Source: an uncultured Acidimicrobiaceae bacterium
GTDB lineage: Bacteria; Actinomycetota; Acidimicrobiia; Acidimicrobiales; RAAP-2
DNA: 64,000 bases
Direction: 5' to 3'
Assembly (NCBI GenBank): GCA_963755665.1
Contig: CAVWKU010000019.1
Span: 5,202 to 69,201, forward strand
Shown here one piece after another: positions 1 through 11,022 of this stretch. The notes beneath the pieces were generated by a model. It did not search any database, was not told the origin of the DNA, and worked only from the letters and a program-made list of their open reading frames with translations. Within the stretch, counting starts at the first letter, position 1; the number at the start of each line of letters is the position of its first letter. A program made the position numbers and the translations under genes.

Positions 1-5
1 CCGGA

Positions 6-2503
6 GTGTTGTCGCTGATCGCGGTGGCTGCACCTCTGTTCGTCGCCTCGGAGGCCGGCGCAAGCAGCGCGACGACAGCCTCGACCATCGGCATGGGCGC
101 ACCCCGCTCCGTCGCGCCACCTGCTGCCGCGGTGCAGCCACGCGTTGCAGCGACCTACGTCGTGCACCAGGGCGACTCGCTCTGGTCGATCGCCGAGGCG
201 CAACTGGGTGACGGTGGCGACTGGCCCGCCATCGCTGCGCTGAACCTGGGCCGCACCATGCCCGATGGCGCGCGCTTCGTGGACCCCAGCGTGATTCAAC
301 CCGGTTGGATCCTGCAGCTGCCGGGCGGTGGAGTTCCGCCCCCGACGCCGATATACCGATTCGGAGACGACATACGCGGCAACGGCTCTCACCTATCCCA
401 CCGCATCCGCCGTAGTCGCTCCGGCCTCCGGGTCGCTCCAGAGGCGAGCACCGGGGGGGTCGAGCCTGCCCGAGCTCTCCGCCCTGGGCGTCGGCGCCCT
501 CGCGTGTTGTCGCCTTGGCGCGCCGGTCCCGGCGCATCCGGATGTTGCGGCAGATGAGTGGCGATGAACCCGACGCAGCGTCCGACCACACGGACGCGGT
601 TATCGAGACCGACATCCAACTCGCCCGCTTCTCCGGCGTTCCCAGCCTGCATGCGTTCGAAGCGGCGAACCTCCGCCTCGGCCTGGCGATGGAGGCAATG
701 GATGCCGACGATCGGTCGATCGGCACGACGATCCGGGTCGTGTGCGTCGGCGCGGCAGGCGTCGACTTCTGGCTGGGTGAGGCGGGGCGACCGGCGCCGG
801 ACGGGTTCAGCCTCTCCGTCGACGGCAAGGCCTGGCATGCCGACCACGACATGTCTGCGCCGCAGGCCGGTGGCGTCCGGCCGTTCCTGCCGATCGTCCT
901 CCCGATCGGCGAGGATCAGGACGGCACGTGGATGATCCCGCTGAAACGGGGAGGCTGCCTCCCACTGGTGGGCGAAGAGAGCGATGACCTGTGGCGCGCC
1001 GCCCGGCGTGTCCAGGAGGCGTGGGCCTGGGCGGACCTGGTGGTGGTCACCGAGGATCCGATGGTCGTGGCACGTGAAGTCGCCCTGCTCGACCACGACG
1101 ACCCGTCTGCGGACGATGTGGAGGTCCTCTTCTTCGGCGATCCTGCGTCGCTCTCCGACGCGCAGAGGACGAGGGTGGCGATCGTCAGCGCGTCAGGGGC
1201 TGCCCCGAGCGACGTGACGGTGCTCGTCGACCGCAACGCAGCATCGATCCACCCTCTCGGCCGGACCGTGCTCCCCCATCTCATGCGGCCCGAGACGTCG
1301 GCCTTGGTGGACCAGCTCGTGACGCCACCTCCCCACGTCGAGCGAGCCCAGCCTCCCGATGGAGAACATGCGGATGCCGCGTTCGGTCCCCCGGGCGAAA
1401 TACGACACGCCGACGCGAGCAGGCAAGCGCGTTGTCGCCGGGCGACGGTGGAGAACGCCGGGCGATCCCGGCCCACGCCGGTCCCGTCACCATGCCCGAT
1501 CCCGGAACGGTCATGGTGCGGTTGCTCACGCAGACACCGCGACTGGAAGGACTGAACGAGGAGATCGCGCCCAACCGGGCCCGACGCGCCACCGAGCTTG
1601 TGGCATACCTCGCCCTCCACGGCGATGGGGAGGTGACCAGTGATCGACTGCGCACGCGCGTGCTCGGGTCCTCCGATGCGGACGCCGCGTCCAAGACGCT
1701 GTTCAACATCGCCGCGGCGGCGCGGCGTGCGATGGGCTCCGATGGTGAGGGGGACCTCCTGTTCCCCTCCGGCACGAGGGGCGGCATCTACCGGGTCAGC
1801 GACGGCGTCACGGTCGATGTGCATCGTGGCGGCGTCCATCGCGGCCGAGGGAAGTGCGACCGAAGATCCGCAGGAGGCCATGGCTCTGCTGCGGGCTGCG
1901 CTCAGCCTGGTGGAGGGCGAGCCGCTGGCGAACGTCCTCTCGGGCTACGGCTGGTGGGAGGCCGAAGGCCATGGCGCCCGGACGGCCGCCGTCCTCGTCA
2001 ATGCGGCCAGTGACCTCGCCGCGCTGGCCGTCGACGCCCGCTTCTTCGACCTGGCCCAGTGGGGCTTGGGGCAGGCCAGGCTGGTCGATCCCTACAGCGA
2101 GTCCCTCTCGCGCGTGGCCATGCAGGTTGCGGCGGCCGCCGGAGATGCCGATCGATTGCGCCGGGAATGGCGGGAGTGCCGGCGCCGGATCGACGAGCTC
2201 GACCCCGGCAGCTCGCCCTCGCCGCGCACGGAACGGCTCTATGGCGAACTGGCGCAACGTGTCCTGGTCGGCGTCACCACGTCCACCGTAGCGACGAGCA
2301 TCGACTCCGAGCCCGCCTGGTTCAGGCCAGCTTCGCCGCGATCGACGAGGCTCCCCGCAGCACCAGGCCGTCGGCGCCGGCCGCGCTGTAACGGGCCATC
2401 GGCCGGGCGCGCGCTTCGGCGATCATGTCCTCCAACAGGCGCGCGAAGGGCACGACGGGGTCGATCCACAGGTAGCGGGCCAACGAGCCCGGAATGGTGT
2501 TGA
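6..2503 (+). CDS. LysM + winged-helix/BTAD (SARP-like) multidomain protein. The 5' end lies outside the window, the frame is broken at least 3 times, and the true stop is uncertain.
   Basis: ORF 6..557 has a LysM motif (YVVHQGDSLWSIAEAQLGDGGDWPAIAALN...GWILQLP). ORF 515..1555 is an unknown central region. ORF 1432..2013 has ARRATELVAYLALHGDGEVTSDRLRTRVLG (wHTH-like). ORF 1640..2503 has ALLRAALSLVEGEPL...DADRLRREWRECRRRIDEL (BTAD-like). Confidence 0.5.
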
Positions 2504-3485
2504 TCTCGTTGACGACCCACTCGCTCCCGTCGGTGAGGAAATCGATGCGCGCCACTCCACGGACGAGGGCGAGCTCACCGATACGGCGGGCGGCGCGGCG
2601 CAGGTCGTCGGCCACCGCCGCCGGCAGATCGGCCGGCAGCTCCCGCGGGGCGCTGGCCATGCCTTCGCCGCCGACGTACTTGTCGGTGTAGCCGAGAATC
2701 TCGTTGCCGGCGGAGCCGGCCCGGCCGGGCGACCGCAGGGGGCGTTCGATCGCCGACACCTCCACGTCGGGCCAGCAGCGCAACGCCACCTGGACGTCGA
2801 AGAGGTCGGGGCGAAACGGCTCGAGTACCGCGCCGGCGCGCAGATGCACGCGCGCGTCCAGCACGCTCGTACCGAGAAGTGCCCTGGCGGTCGCCAAGTC
2901 CTCGACGACCTCGATCCCGATGGAGGAGCCGCCGAAACGCGGCTTGACGATGTAGGGGCCCGCCCCGATCGCGTCCAGTCCGCCGAGGTCGCCTTCCTTG
3001 TCATCCGCTGACGACGTCAGCGCCACCCGGGGCAGGGTCGGAAGGCCGGCCGCCACCATCACGCCACCGAAGGCCAGCTTGTCCATGCCGAGCGCGGCCG
3101 CGGCCACGCCGGGGCCGGTGTAGGCGATCCCCGCCCCGTCGAGCGCGGCCTGCAGCGTCCCGTCCTCGCCGGGACCACCGTGGCAGCACACGACGGCGAC
3201 CTCGAAGGCAGCCGGCTTCTTCGAGAAGCGCCCTCCGGTTGCTTCGAACCCCCCACCGGCCCCCAGCACGAGGCGCATGGGCTGCGACCCCTTCGGCACG
3301 CCGTCGAGGAACGCCGTCGCCTCGAGCGCGGCATCGACGGCGAACCACTCGGCCGTCTTGGTCCAGTAGAGCGCCTGCACGCTGTGACCGGCGCGTTGCA
3401 GCTCATGTGCCGCCTGGAGCCCGGTCAAAACGCTGACGTCGTGCTCGGGGGAGGGACCCCCGAAGATCACGGCGATATCAGACAC
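2322..3485 (-). CDS. ddl: D-alanine--D-alanine ligase
   Basis: Intact 387-aa ORF. The N-terminus IAVIFGGPSPEHDVSVLTG and the ATP-grasp body are typical of Ddl. GTG start at 3485. Confidence 0.9.
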   Translation of the reverse strand: MSDIAVIFGGPSPEHDVSVLTGLQAAHELQRAGHSVQALYWTKTAEWFAVDAALEATAFLDGVPKGSQPMRLVLGAGGGFEATGGRFSKKPAAFEVAVVCCHGGPGEDGTLQAALDGAGIAYTGPGVAAAALGMDKLAFGGVMVAAGLPTLPRVALTSSADDKEGDLGGLDAIGAGPYIVKPRFGGSSIGIEVVEDLATARALLGTSVLDARVHLRAGAVLEPFRPDLFDVQVALRCWPDVEVSAIERPLRSPGRAGSAGNEILGYTDKYVGGEGMASAPRELPADLPAAVADDLRRAARRIGELALVRGVARIDFLTDGSEWVVNEINTIPGSLARYLWIDPVVPFARLLEDMIAEARARPMARYSAAGADGLVLRGASSIAAKLA

Positions 3486-3547
3486 GGTGGGTTCCTCGCT
3501 TCATGGCATGGGGCGTTCGGCTGCCGGCGGCGCGGGCTCGGGCGGCC

Positions 3548-5074
3548 TCAACGGTAGTGGTCCGGCAGGTCGTTCTCGTACAACACGGCATCGCCCGGTC
3601 CGAGGGTGGTCCGCACCCAGGCCACCGCTTCGTCCCTGGTCCGGACGCGGCGGGACTGCCAGGGGGACCACCCGGCTTCGAGGGCGCGCCGATTGGTCTC
3701 GCCCACGATCACCAGATCGGTGGCGACGTCCGTCGCTGCATGCGCGAAGGATCGATTCTCCTCGAACTGACGGGGGCCGAGCTCGACCATGCCCGGGGTG
3801 ACGACCACGCGGCGGCCACCCACGGCCCGGCGGGCCAACTCGGCCAGGGCGGCCCGGGCGCCGCTGGGATTGGAGTTGAACGTGTCGTCGATCACCCACA
3901 CCCCCGAGGGCGCCGGTGCCGAGGCGAGCCGGTTGGCCACGGGGGGAAGGCCGGCGATGCGCGCGAGCGCCACGTCATGGGGCACACCGAGCGCGAAGGC
4001 CACAGCCAACGCGCACGCGAGGTTGGTCGGTTGCACCGACGTGGGCAGGGCGATGCCGGTGCCGATGGCCGCCCCGGCCACGTACACCGAGGCGCCCTCG
4101 TCGCCCCGCCAGCACCGTCACGTCCGCGGTCGTGTCGGTGGCGGAACAGCGGAGCACCGACCTTGGATCCCGTCGGCCGCCAGCTGATCGGCGAGAGCCG
4201 CCAGACGGGGATCATCCACGTTGAGGACGACCGTGTGCGCGGTCACGGTGATCTCGGACTTGGCGGCGACGATGGCGTCCTCGGTCTTGAAGCGTTCCAG
4301 ATGCACCGGCCCGATGGCCGTGATCACCGCGATCGCCGGCGGGCACCACCGGCAGAGGTCGGCGATCTCGCCCTTGCCGTAGGTGCCCATCTCGGCCACG
4401 AAGACGTCGGTGCCGGGCGCCAGTTGCTCGTTGACGGCCCGGGCCAGGCCGGCCCGGTTGTTGAACGAGGCGGGGCTGGCCACCACCGTGCGCGAGCCCG
4501 CAACCAGATGCGCGACATGCTGCTTCGTCGAGGTCTTGCCGAACGAGCCGGTGATCGCCACCACGACCGGCGCCACCTGGGCCAGCCGGGCACGCGCCGT
4601 CGTGACGTAGGGCCGCATGAGCCGGCGTTCCACCGGGCTGAGCACGGCACAGGCCGCGTCGACGAGGAGGGGCACCGCGCAGGCGCCGAGGGCAGCGACC
4701 GGCGCGGCGCGGTGCACCAGGACGCCGATCACGAGGACGACGGCCTGGAGGACCAGCCATACGCCGGCCAGCAGCCGGAGCCGGCGGGTGAAGGCCAGCG
4801 GTGAGGTGCGCCCACGCACGCCGAGGTACGGCGGACCGACGATGACGACCGCGGCCGTCGCCAACGACACGAGCGGGGAGGCGAACGCGACGCCAGCCGC
4901 CGCCAGCGCCACCACCGCCATGGGCAGGGCCAACGGCCGGCTGCTCCACCAGCGCCAGGCGAAGCGCGAGGTCGATCCGGGCAGGTAGTGCTCGCGCTGG
5001 GCGACGCGGAGCCAGCGGGCCCCGGCGGGAAGCAACGCCAACCCGCAGGCGATGGCGCCGATCAGTTCAGGCAC
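3548..5074 (-). CDS. MurF-like Mur ligase with an N-terminal multi-pass membrane extension; one frame change near 4090-4120
   Basis: ORF 4118..5074 has about 150 aa of hydrophobic helices, then the Mur-ligase P-loop ITGSFGKTSTK and EMGTYGKGEI. ORF 3548..4087 has a MurF-type C-terminal domain (DDTFNSNPSGARAAL...VVVTPGMVELG). Confidence 0.7.
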
Positions 5075-5813
5075 GACACCACGGCGGCACGCAGGGCGGC
5101 GGGGATGAGCAGCGGGGTCAGGTGGCCCACGTCAGGGAACACCTCGAGGTCGCCCTGGGCCAGGCGCACCACGGCGCGCGCGGCCATTTCGGGCGGCGCG
5201 GCCGTGTCGTCGGCGCCCCAGATCATGTGGACGGGGCACTGCACGGCGTCGAGCTGCTCCTCGTAGGTTTCGTTGACGGCACGGGCCAGCACCTGGCGCA
5301 TGATGCCCTGGGCGGCCTTGTAGTCGGCCGATCCGTAGCGCTGGCGGGCCCGTTCCATGGCGCCGTCGGAGACGAGCTTCATCCGGTGCAGGCTCCGGAT
5401 GGCCCTGTACGCGGGCGCCACCCGCACCCGCCCTCCCTCCGAGGGGAGGAGGTGCGGCACGCCGGTGAGAATCAAGGCCCTGACCGACGCCGGGATGCTG
5501 GGTGGCCAGATGGAGGGCCACCCGGCCGCCGAAGGAATGGCCGAGAACGACGACGGGGCTCTCCATGTCGTCGAGGACCTCACCCACGGCCTGCGCGTAC
5601 GCAGCGGCTCCCCACGCGTCGGGTGGAGGCGGGGACGCCCCGAATCCGGGAAGGTCGAGCGCCAGCGCGGGCAACGGCTGCCTCGTCGACCGGTGCGACC
5701 ACGGCGTCGAAGTCCCGGTGGGTCCGGGCCCAGCCGTGGAGGGCGAGGACACGGGGCCCGTCGGGGCCGGTGACGGAGCCGAAGAGGCTCCCGCCGGCAA
5801 AGGTCCGGAGCAT
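5062..5813 (-). CDS. alpha/beta hydrolase, read in three frames
   Basis: MLRTFAGGSLFGSVTGPDGPRVLALHGW (frame of ORF 5580..6554), nucleophile elbow VVLGHSFGGRVAL (ORF 5132..5800), and C-terminus VHMIWGADD...FPDVGHLTP (ORF 5062..6021). Confidence 0.6.
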
Positions 5814-6096
5814 GAAGGTCAGCGCACCCCGCCGCACCGGGTCCCGCATCCGGCACGCGGCAAGCGGAGCGTCGAGCCCATCGTCCCAGGCAGATCGACA
5901 ATTTCGACCTCGACGATCTCTCGCCTCGGACGCCGGGGAATCCACTGCCATCTGCCGTTCCTCTCTCCCTTGCGGGGACTCCATCGTCCCCCGCGGGGCC
6001 GTGGCCGGTGCGCGCACCCAACCGAACTGCCGGGTCACCCTACCGAAGGGACCAGCCCCTCGAGCCCAGGGAGCAACCGTTCGGTACGGTGAGCAT

Positions 6097-7761
6097 GTGG
6101 TGATGACGTTCGAAGGCGAGGCCTGGGAGACCCTCCCGGGCGCGAGCCGTCTCACCCTGGCCCAACGGTCCGCCATCGAGGCCGAGGACCCGCTGCTCTG
6201 CGTCATGGCCGGGGCCGGGGCCGGAAAGACCAGGGTGCTGACCCTGCGGGTGGCCCGCCGGGTGCGCGACGGCTCCATCGAGGCGGACCGCGCCCTGGTC
6301 ACCACCTTCAGCCGCAAAGCGGCCGAGGAGCTCCGCACACGGCTGTGGTCCCTCGGGGTCTCCGGGGTCAAGGCGGGAACCTTCCACCACACCGCACTCG
6401 GACTCCTCCGGGAGCATCGAGCCCAGCGTGGCCGGCCGGAGCCGCAACTGCTCCCCGACCGTCGTCGCCTGCTGGCCGACCTGGTCACGGGCGACCCCCG
6501 CCGGGTGCGCGCCCTCGACGGCGAGATCGGATGGGCCAAGGCGCGCCTCGTCACCCCCGACCGCTACGAGGTCGAGGCCCGCCGGGCCAAGCGCCGTACC
6601 GGCATCCGGGCCGACCAGGTGGCCGACGCCTACGTCCGCTACGAGGACGAGCGGGCCCGGCGGCGTGTCCTCGACTTCGACGATCTCATCACGGCCTGCG
6701 CCGACGCGTTGGCCGGTGATGCCGCGTTCGCCGACGGGGTGCGCTGGCGGACCCGCCACCTGTTCGTCGACGAGATGCAGGATGTGAACCCGGCCCAGTT
6801 CCGGTTGCTCACCGCCCTGCTCGTCCGACGAGCCCGACCTCTTCGTCGTCGGCGATCCCAACCAGTCGGTGTACGGGTTCAACGGCGCGGATCCGTCGCT
6901 GCTGTATCGATTGCCCGAGATCCTGCGCGGGACGAAAGTCATCCGGCTCGACGAGAACCACCGCTGTACCCCGCAGGTGGTGGCCGTGGCCACGGCCGTG
7001 CTGCGCGACAGCGAGACCGACGAGACGGTCCTCGGTGAGATCGACGCCGCCACCAGCAGCCGGGTGGACGGCCCGGTGCCGACCGTGATCGCCCACGCCA
7101 GCGACGCCGACGAGGCCGCGTGGACCGCCTTGCGTGCCAAGCAGTCGCGCCTTCCCGGCATGCGCTGGTCCAGCATCGCCGTGCTGGCCCGCACCAACGC
7201 CCAACTGGCGCTCGTGCAGGCGGCCATGGAGGCGGCGAACGTCCCGTGCCAGGTGGCCGGGTCGGATCTCGGTCCGGCCAGCGACCTGCGCAGCGGATGG
7301 TCGACGCGGCGCCACGTCGACCATGACGACGAGCCCGACGACCGAACCCGTCGATCACGATCGGGTCGTGCTCACCACGTTTCACCGCTCCAAGGGACTG
7401 CAGTGGCACACCGTCCTGATCATCGGCCTGAGCACCGGACTGATGCCGCTGGCGTCGGCGCAGACCACCGAGGCCGTCAACGAGGAGCGCCGTCTGCTCT
7501 ACGTCGCCCTCACCCGGGCCGAGGAGGAGCTGTGGTGCAGCTGGTCCGAAGGGGACGACGCCCGCACCGGTCGGGTCGGGGTCCGGATCGGGTGCGGGGC
7601 GGCTCCGGGGCCCGAGCCCGTGGTTGGCACCGATCGAGCGGACGATCGCGCAGCTGACCAAGGCGGCGGCACCGACGGCAGCCTCCGACGTGGCTGCACG
7701 CGTGGCCGAGTTGCGCCAGCGTCTTGTCGGCGACGGGCGAGGCGTGACCGGCGGTCGATGA
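6097..7761 (+). CDS. UvrD/PcrA-family (short) ATP-dependent DNA helicase, about 3 frame changes
   Basis: Walker A MAGAGAGKTRVL, FDDLI, LFVDEMQDVNPAQ (ORF 5122..7038 from about 6097). LDENHRCTPQV (ORF 6869..7657). VVLTTFHRSKGLQW...LLYVALTRAEEEL (ORF 7134..8840). The inferred stop overlaps the next ATG (ATGA at 7758-7761). Confidence 0.75.
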
Positions 7762-9131
7762 CCGTCGACCTTGCGCCATTCCGCCACGTGGTCGGCGACC
7801 GGTACGTGCTGTCCGGCGCGACGGTGCACGACGACTACACGCACGATGAGGCGATGACGGTGGAGCCCGTGGTTCCGCTGGCCGTCGTCCTCCCGGCGTC
7901 GACGCAGGAGGTGAGCGACATCCTGCGCCACGCCAGCCGGGCGCAGCCTCCCGGTCGTGGCACGCGGAAGCGGGACCGGCCTTTCGGGGGGATGCCAACC
8001 GGTAGCCGACGGGATCCTCCTCGCCTTCGACCGCATGAAGGCCATCAAGGAGATCGACACCGAGAACCAGGTGGCCGTGGTCGAGCCGGGCGTCACCCTG
8101 GAGCAGCTCGATCGCGCTTTGGCGCCCCTGGGCCTGATCTACCCGGTCTCCCCCGGCGAGCCGGGCGCGTCCCTGGGGGGCAACGTCGCCACGAACGCCG
8201 GAGGCATGCGCGCCGTGCGCTACGGCGTCACCCGACAGCACGTCCTCGGCCTCGAGGTCGTGCTGGCCGACGGCACCGTCATGCGCACCGGCGGCAAGTT
8301 CGTGAAGGTCTCCTCGGGCTACGACCTCACGCAGTTGCTCATCGGCTCGGAGGGGACGTTGGCCGTCACCACCGAGATCACCTTGAAGGTCGAGCCGCGC
8401 CTGGCCGACGCGGCCACCGTTCTGGCGCCCTTCGCCACCCTGGCCGAGGTGGCGAAGGCCGTACCGCACATCGTGAGCAGCGGGGTCGACCCGAGCATCC
8501 TCGAATACATCGACGTGCTGGCCATGGCCGGCATCACCGCCAGCGCCGGGCTCGACCTGGGCATCCCCGAAGAGACCAAGGCGGCGACGATGGCCTACCT
8601 GGTCGTCGTGCTCGAAGGCATGCGGGCGGACAGAGTGGAGGAGGACGTCGAACAGCTCGCCACGCTCCTCTCGACGCTCGGCGCCCTCGACGTCTTCGTC
8701 CTCCCTGCGACAGCGGGGGCGCAGCTCATCTCGGCCCGGGAGAAGGCGTTCTTCGTGGCCAAGGCTTCCGGCGCGGACGACATCGTCGATGCCGTCATCC
8801 CGCGGGCGGGGATCCCCGAGTATCTCGCCCGGGTGGCTGAGCTGGCCGCGGACCATGGCGCCCTCATCACGGGCTGCGGTCACGTCGGCGACGGCAACGT
8901 CCATCTGTCGATCTTCCAGCCCGACGAGGTCCGTCGCCATGCGCTGTTGCATGCGATCTTCGAGACCGCCATCGCCGCCGGAGGCGCCATCGCCGGCGAG
9001 CACGGCATCGGGACGGCGAAACTCGAGTACTTCCTCGAGACACAGGACCCGGTGAGCCTGGACCTCATGCGCGCCATCAAGCGCGTCTTCGATCCCCTGG
9101 GCCTCCTCGGGCCCGATCGGCTACTCGGCGT
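7758..9131 (+). CDS. FAD-linked oxidase (GlcD/D-lactate dehydrogenase-like); one frame change near 7950; 3' end uncertain
   Basis: N-terminus MTVDLAPFRHVVGDRYVL (frame of ORF 7134..8840). ORF 7957..9612 has GSGTGLSGG, LGGNVATNAGGMRAVRYGVTR, GYDLTQLLIGSEGTLAV and GCGHVGDGNVH...GEHGIG. Family length argues for an end near 9131 although the ORF runs on to 9612. Confidence 0.7.
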
Positions 9132-9226
9132 GACCCGGGGCGGGTCCGGCAACGCAGACGGGGTCGGGGTCGCAGACAGGGACGGGGTCGGGGTCGGGGG
9201 CTCGAAGACAGCACGACGGGAGAACA

Positions 9227-10778
9227 TTGAACGGGGCCCGTTCGCTCCTGGCCACCTTGGTGGGTGCCGGGGTCGATACGTGCTTCAGCAATCCCGGGTA
9301 CCTCCGAGATGCACTTCGTCGCCGCGCTCGATTCGGTGCCCGACATGCGCGCCGTCCTCACGCTCTTCGAGGGTGTCGCCACCGGGGCGGCCGACGGCTA
9401 CGCCCGTATGGCGGAAAAGCCGGCGGCGACGTTGCTCCACCTGGGGCCCGGCCTCGGCAACGGCCTGGCCAACCTGCACAACGCGCGAAGAGCCCGCACG
9501 CCTCTGGTCAACATCGTGGGCGATCACGCGACGTACCACGCCCGCTTCGACGCTCCCCTCCAATCGGACATCGCCTCGTTGGCCCGCCCGGTCTCGGGCT
9601 GGTACCGGGTGACGGCCCGGGCGGACGACGTCGGGGCTGACGCCGCCGACGCCGTCGCCGCCGCCTACGGCCCCCCGGGTTGCGTGGCCACGCTGGTCCT
9701 GCCGGCAGACGCGTCGTGGTCGGAGACGACTGTCGGCCCCTGCCGCCCGCTGCCCCGCCCCTTGCCCGCGGTCGTGCCGGCAGAGACCGTCGAGGAAGTG
9801 GCGCGGGTGCTGCGTTCGGACGTACGGGTGGCGCTCCTCCTCGGGGGGACCGCCCTGCGCGCCCGGGCGTCTGCGCGCCGCCAGCCGCATCAACGGGACC
9901 ACCGGGGCGGCACTCCTCGGTGAGACCTTTCCGGCCCGGCTGGAACGCGGCGCCGGCATTCCCGCCGTGGACAGGCTCGGCTACCTGGCGGAATTCGCGC
10001 AGGCACAGCTGGCAGGGCGTGGAGCACCTGATGCTGGTCGATGCCAAGGCGCCCGTCTCGTTCTTCGCCTACCCGGGGAAGCCGAGCGACCTGGTGCCCC
10101 CAGGGTGCGCCGTGCACACGCTGGTCCGTCCGGGTGAGGACGCGCCGGCCGCGCTCGAGGCACTGGCCGAGGCCGTCGTCGCCGGCGGCTAGCGGTCCCG
10201 GCGCCGCCGCGACGCGACCCGACCGACCGAGTGGCGCCTTGACCGCAGAAACGTTGGCGGCGGCCATCGGGGCGGTGCTCCCCGAGCAGGCCATCGTCGT
10301 GGACGAGGGGATCACGTCGGGCCTGTTCGTGGCCGGCGCCACCGCCGGCGCGCCACCCCACGACTGGCTCACCCTCACCGGAGGCGCCATCGGGATCGGA
10401 CCGCCGTTGGCCACCGGCGCCGCCGTGGCCGCGCCCGAGCGACCTGTCCTCTGCCTGCAGGCGGACGGGAGCGCCATGTACACACTGCAGGCCCTGTGGA
10501 CGCAAGCCCGCGAGCGGCTCGACGTGACAACAGTGGTGCTGGCCAACCGGAGCTACGCCATATTGAACATGGAACTGCACCGGGTCGGTGCCGGCGACGG
10601 TGGCTCACGCGCCCGCAGGCTGCTGGACCTCACGGATCCCCCGCTCGACTTCGTGGCGCTGTCCCGGGGCATGGGTGTGCCGGCCCGCCGCGTCGAGACG
10701 GCCGAAGAACTGACCGCCGCCTTGCAGGCGAGCTTCGCGGAGCCCGGCCCCAACCTCATCGAGGTGCCGTTGCCCTGA
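9227..10778 (+). CDS. Thiamine-diphosphate-dependent enzyme (acetolactate synthase large-subunit-like), 3-4 frame changes
   Basis: TTG start at 9227 after GGGAG. NGARSLLATLVGAGVDTCFSNPG then TSEMHFVAAL (ORFs 9227..9640 and 9264..9923). ThDP-binding C-terminus GGAIGIGPPLATGAA...LQADGSAMYTLQALWT (ORF 10041..10778). Confidence 0.75.
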
Positions 10779-10796
10779 GGTTCTGCCGTCAGCAGA

Positions 10797-11005
10797 GCTC
10801 CCACTGCGAGGAGGGGTCGTCCAGGGGCGCCGCAGGCGAGGCCGGACACGAGTGGCCGGCCGGCCCTTGACGACGACGGTGGTTCACGCCGCGCCAGTCA
10901 CGATCGAGTTGGTCAGCCGCCCTGTCGCTGGCCTACATGCGGCCTTTTTGCCCCTACCGCGAACCGGGCAAGGGGTGGAGTGACCCACGGAAATGCCAGG
11001 AGAGG
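10797..11005 (+). repeat. GC-rich structured repeat, copy A (about 200 nt), lying between the stop of the ThDP-enzyme gene and palindrome P1; candidate 3'UTR sRNA or MITE
   Basis: By eye about 80-85% identical over roughly 180 nt to the reverse complement of 36497..36715 (shared GGGGCGCCGCAGGCGAGGCCGGACACGAGTGGCCGGCCG...GGTCAGCCGCC...CTGGCCTA). Substitutions show no codon periodicity, and several preserve hairpin pairing. Confidence 0.6.
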
Positions 11006-11022
11006 CCCGACCGGGACCCTGT

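Noticed and set aside
5122-6096. Upstream two-fifths of ORF 5122..7038
   Set aside because: It is antisense to the alpha/beta hydrolase and has no helicase similarity. The UvrD-like gene is taken to start at the GTG/ATG cluster at 6097-6103.
9132-9612. Continuation of the FAD-oxidase ORF to 9612
   Set aside because: It overlaps the ThDP-enzyme gene, which has its own RBS, start and N-terminal motif. Family length indicates the oxidase ends near 9131, and the missing stop is attributed to an indel.
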